NCBI GenBank assembly: GCA_030295235.1 | Contig: AP026129.1 | Location: 682,001-746,000, forward strand | Reading direction: 5' to 3' | DNA: 64,000 nt | DNA from: Fistulifera solaris | Lineage: Eukaryota | Shown: one piece after another, positions 46,255 to 58,176 of the stretch | Layout of the letters: each line of letters begins with the position of its first letter | Position numbering within the stretch: the stretch's first letter is position 1 | Made by a program: the position numbers and the translations under genes | The notes under the pieces: model-generated | Told to the model about the DNA's origin: nothing | Seen by the model: only the letters and a program-made list of their open reading frames with translations | Databases searched by the model: none

Positions 46255-48731
46255 TTATCGCACTGCCGTGAAACACAACCAGGCTAAGTTCCAGCCACCG
46301 TCGGATATATTGATGCGAAGCGTTTGTGGTCCAGCGGGAAGCATGACATCCGTTGCGTCGGTGTACCAACTTTGCCATCCACCTGACGGAGTCAGAGAAT
46401 TGACTGCACCATACACTTGACTCATGTCTTGGGATGTCACTTGAAAGCTTCCACCTCCATCGGGGGACGCGATGCGATAACTCATCCTATATGTTCCTGC
46501 AGTCGGCAAATTGACGTCGTACTCCAACCAGTCACCAGGGTCAAACCAACCCACATTTGTAAGTCCTTCTGTTGATGCCTCCGAGTCGACGCCAGACATT
46601 GCGCGGTAATTGTTCGCGGGGATGACAACATCACATGAGCCCGCTTCGGAGGAAGGCAAAATGGGATTGGATGGAGCTGAGGGATCAGAAGGTGGTGCTG
46701 GCAAGGCTGGATTTGCGGGAGATGCTGGAAGAGCTGGGTTTGCGGGAGATGCCGGGAGGGCTGGATCGGCGGGGGATGCTGGAAGAGATGGGTCGGCAGG
46801 TTCTGCTGGCAAAGCAGGATTAGCGGGCCCTGCGGGCAAGGCCGGATCGGAGGGCGCTGCGGGTGAACTGGGTAAAACTGGTGCACTTGGATCTCCAGGA
46901 CCGCCTGAATTCGACGGTCCAGGATCGCCTGATGTTGGCAAGCCAGGTGCACTAGGCTTTCCACTATCAGGGGGTACATTACCTCCGCTATTCGGGTCGC
47001 CTGGTGCTCCAGCGTTGGGTGCTCCAGCGTTGGGTACTCCACTATCAGGAGGGACATTAGGTCCACTATTTGGCACTCCAGTGTTAGGACCGCTCGGAGC
47101 TCCACTATTTGGCACTCCACTATTGGGACCGCTTGGCAATCCACTACTAGGTAATCCATTATTTGGCATACCGTTGTTTGGACCGCTAGGTAACCCATTA
47201 TTTGGTACACCGCTGTTCGGACCACTAGGTAATCCATTACTTGGGAAACCATTGTTCGGTCCACTTGGAAATCCACTATTTGGCGTACCGCTATTTGGAA
47301 CGGCGCCAAGGTTCACATTACTTCCACTGCCTGTGCCTGTATTTGAATACGGTGCCGCGGGATAACCACCATTGTTTCCACCGCCTGTCCCAGCATTGGG
47401 ATACGGTGCTGCGGGATAACCACCAATATTATTTCCACTGCCTGTCCCTGCATTTTGATACGGTGCGGCGGGATAGCCCCGATATTTCCACTACCAGTTA
47501 CTCCATAGTTATAACCACCCCCACTGCTGTAGATGTGATTGTGAACATGAATTTCGGGTTGCGTGAGTCCCCCACAACCGCAGCCTCCCCCACACCCACA
47601 ACTTTCGCTAGAGCCCTGACTCGACTCCACGTCTTGTAAACACAACGACGCCAAATTCCAACATCCGTTCAAAACGCGCACTTGCAGAGTATGAGATCCT
47701 GCAGAAAGGTCCATCACAGTATTCACATTCGTCCACATTCGAGAGTCTCGAATATTCTGTACTACTGCGTAGTGTTGATTGTTTTCCATATCCCTTACTT
47801 CCAATGCTCCACCGCCCTGTGTATCCATAGCGCTCAATTGAAGCATATAGGGCCCATCGTACGGTGCCGTGATCGTATACGCGGCCCAGTCACCCGCGTA
47901 CAGTTTGACAAAATCTTTGTCTTCCGTCACGTCGCTACCATTCATCGAGATGTAATCAACAGCGGCCACCGATTCCAAGCAAAGGACTTGCGGAGGTAAA
48001 GTGGTGTTCGACATCTGTTCTCGCAAAGTAGGTGCGGCTGTCGCCGAGTTTTGTTCGGAAACAGTAGGCATGGCCGTGGATACATTAGGCTCTGACAAAC
48101 TCGGCTCGACGATTGATGTATTTTGCGACGAAGCATCGGATATTGACGAAGTTACGTTTTGCGATGGCGAATCCGGCGAGACGGAAGACTCGTCCAGTGA
48201 CGGCGTGTCGAGTTGCTGAAGCGAGAGCCATTGCAAATCACATCCTGATTCGATCACTTCTATTTTCATCACCGATGTTCCTTCCGGCAGCGTCATATTC
48301 CTTGATACAACCGACCACTCATTCCACTCTCCCGTCACGGGTAATTCATCGATGGTGTCGTATATCTCATCCGTCTCCATGTTCTTGACAGATAGTGACC
48401 CTTCGCCGTCAGGGCTAGAAACATACATTTGTAATTGATATACGGCAGTCGAAGGCAAATCGATGCGATACGCCATAAAATCTCCACGATCGAGTTGTCC
48501 CACGGTTCTTAATCCTTCTGATGATGCCTCGTTAACGGTAACACCATTCATGAGCGTGAAATCGGCCGCCGAGACGAGCGTAAAGAATTGATCCTTGTGA
48601 CTGCCGAGTGACAGCCCTCTGTCGCGAAGATTTCCTGTCGAGAAATCCTCTTCTCGTGCTGTGGATGCAGTAAGAGCGGTAGTTGCTATAGCACTGCAAA
48701 GGCAAATTCGCATTAGGAAGCTTCTTGTCAT
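46255..48731 (-). CDS. Secreted protein with three CBM6-like modules and Gly/Pro/Asn repeat blocks (cluster gene F); frameshift near 47478
   Basis: Signal peptide, RGL motif, two modules, CGCGGGCGC. Adding one G to the G-run joins GYPAAPY x3, PNSG/PNNG repeats, PA[DN]PALPAS repeats and a final module NVGWFDPGDWLEY...SGGWQSW...GGWNLAWL. Confidence 0.85.
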
Positions 48732-49143
48732 TGTTTCTGGTCTTTAATGTGCCCGTCTCGTGTTCACTTTTGTTTTGCGAACAAAAAGTATCGCTGAAAA
48801 GTTGCCTCCAATAGGCTTCCGTTTGGGAAAGAATTTGGTGATGCATGACTGCTTCCTACTGTCACGTCGGAAGAGACATAGGGCGTGATTGACAAAAATT
48901 GTGACCATCGTTCCGTTGCATCCGCCACAGTCCTCTGCAAGGTGTGGGAAAAAGTGTACAATCACGTAGACCCCCGTAGAGAAATGTACCAAGCAGAGGT
49001 GCGTTCCCGTGTCTCCCTGTAAAAAGTCCTGTGTCCCAGTGACGAGTACTCTCTCAAAACCGATCGGCAAACCACAACGTCGACGACTTCTCTTCTCACT
49101 TTTCTCGCGTGGCTTTTCTTGTCACCCTCTAGTGTCAACAAAG

Positions 49144-50060
49144 ATGATGACACGAATATCGTTTCTTCTATTATTTTCCATTGTATCAAGAGCAGCATCT
49201 TTTCAAGTTGGAATCGCTGTCATTCCAGGAGTCGACTCGGAGCGCCCATCCAAAGTGTGCCAAGATGCGTATTTTGTCAAAGAAATAACGACGAATGATG
49301 AGAAACTGTTACTGGTCGGCGTCTTGGATGGACACGGCAAAGATGGACACATCGTTTCGCAATTTTGTGCCGAGCGACTGCCTGTTTTCGTAGAAACGCC
49401 AAAGGGCCACCTCCGGCGGATTTTCTCGAACGACTTTACACACTCGGTCGAGCCACTCGCGACAACGATTCACTTCATCCGAAACACCGAATCTTGATCG
49501 ATGCGTTTCATCGCGTCCATTACGATGCCATGCAGTGTCCGACATGCCCGGCCGGACGAAGTGGCACTACCTGTGTGGTTTGCTGGATCGAACCAGACGA
49601 AGTGCACGTGGCGTACGTAGGAGACTCGCGAGCCATTCTCATCGACGGCGATACCATTACGCCATGGGCCACGGAAACGATAGTGCGTAAATTACCGAAA
49701 GAAAAAGAACGTATTGACGCCTGTGAGGGTCGTATCGATGGAAACGGAAATGTATGGTACGGACCCGTAGCGATTGCCATGACCCGCGCACTTGGGGACG
49801 CTGCAATGTTACGCGCCGGCATTTTACCCACCCCGATCACGACAACATTCCCACGCAAGAAAGGGACCGTCTTGGTTCTAGCAACCGACGGTATTTGGGA
49901 CCAATTGTCGAATGATCAAGTTTTGGAATTGGTAAAAAGCAACATTGCAAATACATCCTTGGCTGCCGAAGCCGTTAGCAAGCGCGCACGACAAAAATGG
50001 ATAGGAGACTTCATTGAAGAAAAAGCAGATGATATTACATGTTTAGTGGTGACTTTGTGA
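49144..50060 (+). CDS. PP2C/PPM-family protein phosphatase with an N-terminal signal peptide; frameshift near 49395
   Basis: CQDAY, GVLDGHG, SGTT, AYVGDSRA, AMTRALGD, LATDGIWD, DDITC. Confidence 0.9.
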
Positions 50061-50117
50061 TTGTGCTATGCTGGCGAGCACATACCAGTAAGTTGAAGCT
50101 TTGAACGCGTTTGATTT

Positions 50118-52718
50118 TTACGAGATCACTTGAAAGCTCCCATCGGTTTTCTTCATCAGAATACCATTCCCTCGCAGTTCATCAAGAACGGAAGGAAATT
50201 CACTTAATCCACAACCAACCTTGTCTGCAATCTTACGCTGCAAGTGCAATACTTGTTTAGAAAATAAAATTTCTTGGGACAAAGACAAATGAAATACGAT
50301 GGACACTTACTAAATCATCCATCGTGCAATGCCCTCCTGGACCGAATATCACTTGCAACTCTTTCTTAAAAGAGGTTTTCATTTTGCGATTACTAACGCC
50401 CCCGGCACCGCCTCGGCCACGATCAAGACGCCCGTTATCATCGCTGTGAACTTGATCCACCGACGTACTTAACAGCTCAACGACATCCAGAGCGTCTTCC
50501 TTTAAGCAGTATTCGCGCAAGCACGCCTTTGCACGAGCTTGACACAATCGGATGAGTGCTTCGAGTTGTCGAGTCGTAATAGGAACCGAGTCGCCATTCC
50601 GACGTCCGTCTGCGGGATACCTGAAGTCAAGTGCATGAAAGATTAGCTTTGCTTCCCGGTGGAGATACATGCTGATGGAAAATTGACTTACCGGAGCTGC
50701 ATGAAGTAATCCTTCAAGACTTCTGCTGCTTCTTTCGTCATTTTTGGCTTACAGTATTCTCTTGCGTAAGCAATGTAGTCTCTGACGAGAGTCGCGGGGA
50801 GAGGCTGCTTTTGGAATTCGGACACCCAAGCCAACCGCTCGGACAAAGGCAGCACGCGACCATCTACAGCTTTTACTGTGTCTGGCAAATTTGTTTCCTG
50901 TGCTGACGTCGTCCAAGAAGTAGTGTTACCTTGACAATTTCGGTATAAGTTCATTATATTGGAGGAAACCAGGCGATCTTGTGATTGATCTGCACGATCT
51001 CGTAGAATGAAGACCAGGTCGAAACGGCTTAGGATGGGTTTCGCCATGTTCAAATTTTCGCTGACGGATTTATTCATCGAGTAACTCCCATGTCGTGGAT
51101 TCGCTGCGGCAACGATGCTGCATCGAGCTGGTAGTGAAGCAACCACGCCTGCTTTTGCAATGGATACTTGTTGTTGTTCCATTGCTTCCAAGAGGCCTGG
51201 GTAACAAGCATAAAAGTGTAAATTAGCAGGACAGTCATGCGTTATCATATAGCAGAACAAATCCAATTGACGAACCATCTTGGTGACTTTTGTTCATCTT
51301 ATCAAATTCGTCGATGCAACAAATACCTTGATCAGCTAGTACTAAAGCTCCAGCTTCAATTCCAGTTTCTCCTCGTTCTTCTTTCGTGAGTGTCACCGTC
51401 AAACCCGTCGTTGACGATGTGTTTCCGCCGACGTACACGCTACGAGCCGCCAACTGCCGAGCCGCTAAGAGCATTTGACTTTTTCCCATACCAGGGTCTC
51501 CTACTATTAAAATGTGAGAGTTCGACCGTATTCCGTTGGTGGGTGTACCACCTAAAAGACACAAGAGAATCCCAGCCTTGACATGGTGATGTCCAATAAT
51601 GGCAGGACACAATGAGCGAACGAGCAGGTCGAATGGGAAGGCACGCCTCTCAGGTAGTCCAAAGTATCGGTGATCAGCGTGACAGAGCGACGTGATGGCC
51701 TGCAATTGTTGTTGTGTGTAAACTACCGTATGTATATCGCTATTTTGCTGACTTTCCGACAAGGAGGAAACCGAATGCCCTCGCAGAAACAACTCGTACG
51801 TACTGCCACTTTCTTTTCGACGTTTACTTGCATCACTTTTCAAAGCAGCGACAGTGCAAACCATCTGCACAACATCTCCAGCGCGACATGCGTTGACCAA
51901 GTCATGTTCGACCTCCACCGCCATCTGTCGTGGTGTCCGTCCTGCTTGAATGGTGCGTTCATCTGCTGCTTCCTGCAGCTTTAATTCTTGGACATCTATA
52001 TATCTTGCTGTGGCTCGTTGAAGCGAGAATGTTTTTCGACCTTTGCATTGAGGACAACACGATGTGGGCAAGGAATATTGACCCTGAGGGAGTGAGTGTG
52101 TCAACGTATGCGCACATTTAGAGCAAATGAAATCCGCGGTCGCCACTCTGAGTCGTTTCGAGCGTGCTTTTAAGACGTGGCCTTGCAATGAAATGAATTT
52201 GCCGACTAGACCCGTCCTTATATCCATCATATTCACAAGGGGCAAAACGTGCAGAAATCTGACGACGATTTGAACCGTATCCCAGTATTCCTCGGGTGCC
52301 TTTTTACCTACCCCGGAAGCCAGCGCCAAAGAAACGCCTAAAGCAGGAAGTGCTTCTTCGGACATGTGATAAAGGAATGCACCGAACGATTCCTTTTGTA
52401 TATATTCTTGTGTCGGTGCTTGTCCCCTTAGTTCAAAATCATGCAGTTCATCCATGAACTCTTGATGATGAAGAGATAAGACAATGCGACCCGTTTTGAT
52501 CCCAAGTTGAGCATACTCTTGAAAGCAGGACGGAACTACTTCTTTTGAAGAACAAAACGGAAGAAGTTGTACAGACGCGATATAAAAGCCAGGGCGTTGG
52601 GAGGAACGCGAGTAATCTTAGATTCTTCATGCGTAGGCACACCAACTAATTGACGGTTACAAGCCCTCCACAACCGAAGGATAATGTCTTGAGGTATTTC
52701 ATCAAACTTAGAACTCAT
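50118..52718 (-). CDS. MCM8: MCM8 DNA helicase (several introns; frameshifts near 52450-52545)
   Basis: Zn finger CSKC...C..C, GRTPR, Walker A VGDPGMGKSQ, Walker B CIDEFDKM, arginine finger LSRFDL, PITTRQLEALIRL. The subfamily call rests on GNTSSTTGLTVTL and overall similarity. Confidence 0.82.
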
Positions 52719-53104
52719 ATTTGTTCCAATCAGTGACGAGGTAATAGATTGTTGTCCGGCGTCGTCGTCATTTTTATTTACTTGTAAGAGAAAAAAGTAT
52801 ATGGCCACCTTCCAGTTCCGGGTACCCCCTACCTCGATAAATTTCCCTATGGGTCCTACGTGAAATGCACGTAGACATTCGCAACATAGCAACTATCCTC
52901 TCTCATTTACTTCGATGCTTTGTATTGTCCCGTGGTCACTAAGGACGCAAAACCCGTCTTAGTTGTTGCTAATGAAAAAACTCCTCTCGAACAATTCATT
53001 CCATATCAAAATCTTACGTACAAGATCAAGATTATGAAAACATCACTCTATTCATTTATTTGGCTCGCGCAAAAGTGCCAAGTCCTCGTCTCTTGTCAGG
53101 TAGG

Positions 53105-56100
53105 TTACAAATCTTGCACAAATTGCTCCTGAAAAGCGTTGTCATCTGTATCATGGGCCACTTCTGCTATTTCATGGTAAAGCTGACTGACTAAAAACGC
53201 CAAAATGGGAATAAGAGCGAGCAACAACCATGTAAGAAGGGATTTCTTAGTCTTCTTTCCGCCATTTCGCTCAATGCCAGCGAACGACTCGGGTGCCTCA
53301 GTGACCGGGATCATTCTCATCAAGTAACCTACTGGAAGAGAACCGGCCCCAAGTACTACCGTATACTTCCATTCATCTAAACTCAAAGGGTATGTTTGTG
53401 TGAAATCTCCACCATATTCGACGAGCAACCATTGCGACGCTACTGTGAAGAAAATAACCATCAGAAAGATCGGGCTTTGCGTGATTGAACGGATGGGGTC
53501 AAAGCGGTCACCAATCTCTCGTGCATTGAACTCGTTGAACACTTGGCAAAAGACAAAGGCGTTGAAGATGATCGTGAAATGCTGGCGCGATCCGTCTTCG
53601 CAGCCAAAGAACCGGGGCCCGCGGTTCAAGAGAACGACAAGCACAATTAGCTGGTATGTTGCCTGGCAAAGAATGTTCCTCCACATGGGGCGACTAATCA
53701 AACTTGCGTCTCGGCGGTACGGGCGACGATCAAGCAATTCAGCGCGTGGAGGTTCAGTTCCCAGCGCCAATGCACCCATAGTATCCATGATAAGATTGAC
53801 CCACAACATCATTACCGCGTTTAAGGGAGGCTGATATCCCACCACAGCAGACAAGAAAGTGATTGTGAGAGCCACAACGTTAACAGTCAACTGAAACTGC
53901 AAAAACCGTCGGATGTTGTCAAATACAGATCTACCCCAAAGAACAGCTTTGACAATGGACGCGAAATTATCGTCCATAATGATAATGTCGGATGCTTTTT
54001 TAGCCACGTCAGTGCCACTTAATCCCATTGACAATCCGACATCGGCAGCTTTGAGAGCTGGTCCGTCATTTGTCCCATCGCCAGTCACGCCAACGACTTC
54101 ACCCACACCGTTGCGACTAGACGCCCACTCATCTTTGAATCCCGGAAGGATCAAATTCTTTTCTTTCTCGAAATCTCTTCCAGGGTGTGCTTCTAACCAT
54201 TCCTCTGCCGTTGCAGGTATCAACGCCCCATTTAGACGCTGTACCAATTTGTGTTTGTCTTCGGGACTTGATCGAGCTAAAACTTGCAATCGAGGAAGGA
54301 TTTCGTCCAACTGAGCGGGTGTTAGCTTACGGAAATCTTCGCCAAGCATAGAAAGGCCACCTTCGATGTAGAAATGTCAGCAAATTTAAACAGAATGTAA
54401 ACAGAATCTTTCTTCCCAAATAGAAGCGTACTTACCTTTTGTGAAAATGCCAGCTTCTTTGGCAATCGCCTCAGCAGTATCAAGATTATCTCCAGTTACC
54501 ATTCGAACGAATATACCAGCTTTTTGACAAGTGGCGACAGCTTCAATGACATCGGGACGTAGAGGATCCATGATCCCAGTAATTGCGTCAAGACACATAT
54601 CTCTTTCTAACTTCTGAGCACATTCCTTTTCACTGATGTTGGACGGATCGCATACATCCTGGACATTGTCACGGTGACACAGAGCGACACATCTCAGAGC
54701 CTTTGAAGCGAAGCTTTGAATCATACGTTCAAATTCTGCTCGCTTCTCATTGGTCATGGTGTGCTCTGTGCCATCAATCCCCAAATAACGCGAACAGTCT
54801 GTCAAGCACAACTCTGCTGCACCTTTGTGATAAAGAGTCCACGTCGGCTTATTTGCCCTTGACCCAGTCAAATCAATAGTATTCTGTTTCGTGACCAAAA
54901 CTGACATTCGTTTTCTCTGACTCGAAAAAGGAAATATTCGGCTTCCTCCGGGTTGACCAAAGTTAGCGGCGGCGCGGCGCTTGTCCGTGTTATCCTTACG
55001 TGACCAAGCCGATTGAGCAAGTAGCAGTAGAGCGGCTTCCGTTTTGTTTCCAATAATCACAGGCCTGTCTCCGTCCTCACTTTTGATGACTTTGGCCGTC
55101 GTGCAGCATGCAATTCCTTCCAAAATGATCTGAAGGGACTTGTCACTAATCAACACCGGAACTCTATTGATAGTATCGTCGCATCGGGTATCGGCAAACA
55201 TTCCCTTGACAACAGTCATGCGGTTCTCAGTCAAAGTACCCGTTTTGTCGGAGCAAATATTCGTCGCATTGCCCATGGTTTCACAGGCAGCCAAATGGCG
55301 GATCAGATTCTGGTCCGCCAACATCTTCTTGGTCGAAAACGCTAAACTGATGGTTACAGCCAGGGGTAGACCTTCAGGCACGGCAACAACGACGATTGTG
55401 ACACCAATGATAAAGGCCTCGAGCGCGTAACTGAGAATCGTGTGTTCTTTCAGATATTCGGGCTGCACAAAGATCTTGATAGCCATCATGGCGATGAACG
55501 TTGCACCAGCTGCTGCCATACCCACGTAACCGATCATGGCTGCCATATCATCCAGCTTTTCTTGCAGCGGAGTCTGTTCCTGCTCCTTCTCCAGATGACT
55601 CTTGATGATTCCCCATTGACTCGATTTGCCCACCGCAATGGCCACCAAACGAGCCGAACCATGCTCCACGGTACATCCTGACAAAAGGAAGGGATCATCT
55701 TCTAGTGTCTTATCGACATCAATTGGTTCTCCTGTCAGTGCCGACTCGTCGACTTGCAAGCTTCCGCCGCCGTCCAAGTGGACTAAAATTCCGTCACACG
55801 GAATCTGATCCCCAGTTTCGAGGCACACAATATCTCCTACAACAATCTGATCTACCGGAATCTGCCAGTGCATACCATCACGAACGACCACAACATCGAG
55901 ACGCTCACTCTCGGCACTGAGCTCACGAAACTGCGATTCCTTTTGGTAGTCGTTCCCCGCCGTAACGACACTGACAATCAAGACCGCCGCGAGAATGGCG
56001 CATCCTTCGACATAACCTGTCGCCGGATCATCGTAAATCCCAATGGCAAGACTGACAAGAGCGGCGGCAATGAGAATCTTCAATGTGGCGTCATCGAATG

Positions 56101-56416
56101 TGTCGACAAATAGCTCCATGAACGATTTGCGCGGCGAGGATGGCAAACTATTCTCTCCGAATAACTCACGACGGGTTTCCACTGTCGCTAAACTGATTCC
56201 GCGATCGACTGTCGAGTGCAACCGACGAAGAACTTCCTTGACGCCTCCTATCGATTTGAGTTGAGCCAAGTTATTGCCGAGTGCCTGCGCTTGATTAAGG
56301 GATGTCAAGAGTTCATCGGTGCTTGTTTTTTCTTGAGTCAGCGTCTCGTTGATTGGGCTGTACGGAGGACTTTTCGATCTACTGAGCGATCGGCTGAAGG
56401 CTCTGGTGACTGGCAT
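53105..56416 (-). CDS. P-type IIB (PMCA-type) Ca2+-ATPase, intron near 54361-54433
   Basis: DESALTGE, VVAVPEGLPLAV, CSDKTGT, KGAAE, MVTGDN, TGDGTNDGPAL, LWVNLIMDT. Confidence 0.96.
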
Positions 56417-56905
56417 GACGATACGAAAGGCTTTTGCTTATGACAAACACGCTTTTGGGGACCAGCAATTGTCTTTGGATCGTCGTTGGATGTGAATGGA
56501 GTGAAATTAATTGTCAACAACGCGTTTTGATTCTTTGGTTCGTGATTATGACCGTTGGGTCTCTCTGATGTACTCTCTGTCGTACTCTTGAAGGGGGGCC
56601 ATTCTGAACCCCAACGGATGGAATGCAAGACATCCGCGTGGAAGTTGAATGTTGAATGAAAAGCATGGCGCACCTTGAACCTGAACCCTTTTGGAAATAA
56701 AACGCACATCATTATCCCATCATCACGCAAAACAATGAGGCATTGCAATTCCATGTCATCATTTTTATCCAGTCGAAAATCGATTTCGAATGGCTTGTTT
56801 CCGACTCGCTTCGAAAGCTAACGTATCCTTTATTTTCAGTATTTTTCATTATAAGAAGCATATACAATTTGATTGACTCGATAAATGTATAAATTCATTT
56901 GCAAT

Positions 56906-57721
56906 ATGCTCCGACTCATTTCCTTTCTAATATCGTGCACCGTGGCTACTTCACTATCGAGCCCTATCGTCACCCGAAGGACGGCATTGTTGTCTTCAAC
57001 CTGGTTCCCTATTGCATCCGCATCCGCTGCTACAACGGCGAGTCCAGAAACACTCATAGATTTATTGAAAGACATTCCGACCTTTGCCATTGTCGATAAG
57101 CAAGGTGTCCCTTACATGGTCGTCGGTGAAGATGCCAAAGTGACAGGATATTTCTTTACATCCTACGAGGAAGCGAAACGTATTTTACAGACCGCGGATG
57201 CCAGTGCCGATAAATTGGTTCGCGAATTAAAACGAGAACAGCCCAATACGGACCCCAAAGATTTGATTAACCCGTGGAAACTAGCCACCATCACCACGGT
57301 CCCGTTGGATGTCGCCGTGTCTTTAACGGCAAACACGGTCGCCAAGACGGCGAAAAATTATTTCAAAATAGCGCCGTCGGCCAATGATATTGAAGATGCC
57401 TTGGACTTATCGGGGCAAGCCGATTTGGAAGAAGGAAAAGTTCCGCTGTTCTACGTTGAAGAGTTCCGGTCACCCAACGGGCAACAGCCGCTTTATTTTT
57501 CCAAGTCACAGCTGTTGAATGATTATAGAGGAGATGGAAAAGTCCAGGTGACTGAGTTGTTCGCGACACTGAAAGAAATTTTAGTTGGGGAGGATCCCGA
57601 CCTTCTCAAGCTGACATTGATACCTCCTGCCGATAGCATCGCTAGGGCGCATAAAATCACACAACAATTCAAGCAAGAAAAGGCCCCGTTTGTGCTAGGA
57701 CAGCGCATAATAATTTTATAG
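56906..57721 (+). CDS. Tic22-like plastid import chaperone
   Basis: Signal peptide plus transit-like region; LKDIPTFAIVDKQGVP, GYFFTSYEEA, TTVPLDVA, KVPLF, QPLYFSKSQL. Confidence 0.75.
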   Translation: MLRLISFLISCTVATSLSSPIVTRRTALLSSTWFPIASASAATTASPETLIDLLKDIPTFAIVDKQGVPYMVVGEDAKVTGYFFTSYEEAKRILQTADASADKLVRELKREQPNTDPKDLINPWKLATITTVPLDVAVSLTANTVAKTAKNYFKIAPSANDIEDALDLSGQADLEEGKVPLFYVEEFRSPNGQQPLYFSKSQLLNDYRGDGKVQVTELFATLKEILVGEDPDLLKLTLIPPADSIARAHKITQQFKQEKAPFVLGQRIIIL

Positions 57722-58176
57722 CTCTTTTTCTACCATGAAGTATCGGTCAAACCCCGATAATATTTTTGGTTGGGCTGTCGGCTGATGTGTCAGTCAGCGG
57801 TATGATCTTATTTCAATTATTGAATACAAGAATGAGACTGGACCCTCTTAAGCATTCGTGACTAACGACTTGGAAATCTTCCGGGACACAAATCGACATT
57901 CAGTATCCGTTGACTAATGACTATATCTTTCAATGTATTTTCGTGCCATAATAAACTCAGACCTCTAAGGAGTCCAGTGTCGTTGAACCTCCGTTGAGGG
58001 TTGTTGACCAGGTTTACTTAGACGTCTTTTGGAGATGATGTATCCTACTTACCTATGCCAATTCGTGCAGCGTGTTGGCTCGCCTTGATGATGTGCTTTT
58101 GTTACTGTTTCGGAAAATAGACGGCGAGCTTGATTCGATTGTTGTGGTTATAACCAGCACTCGGTGATCAACCTCA

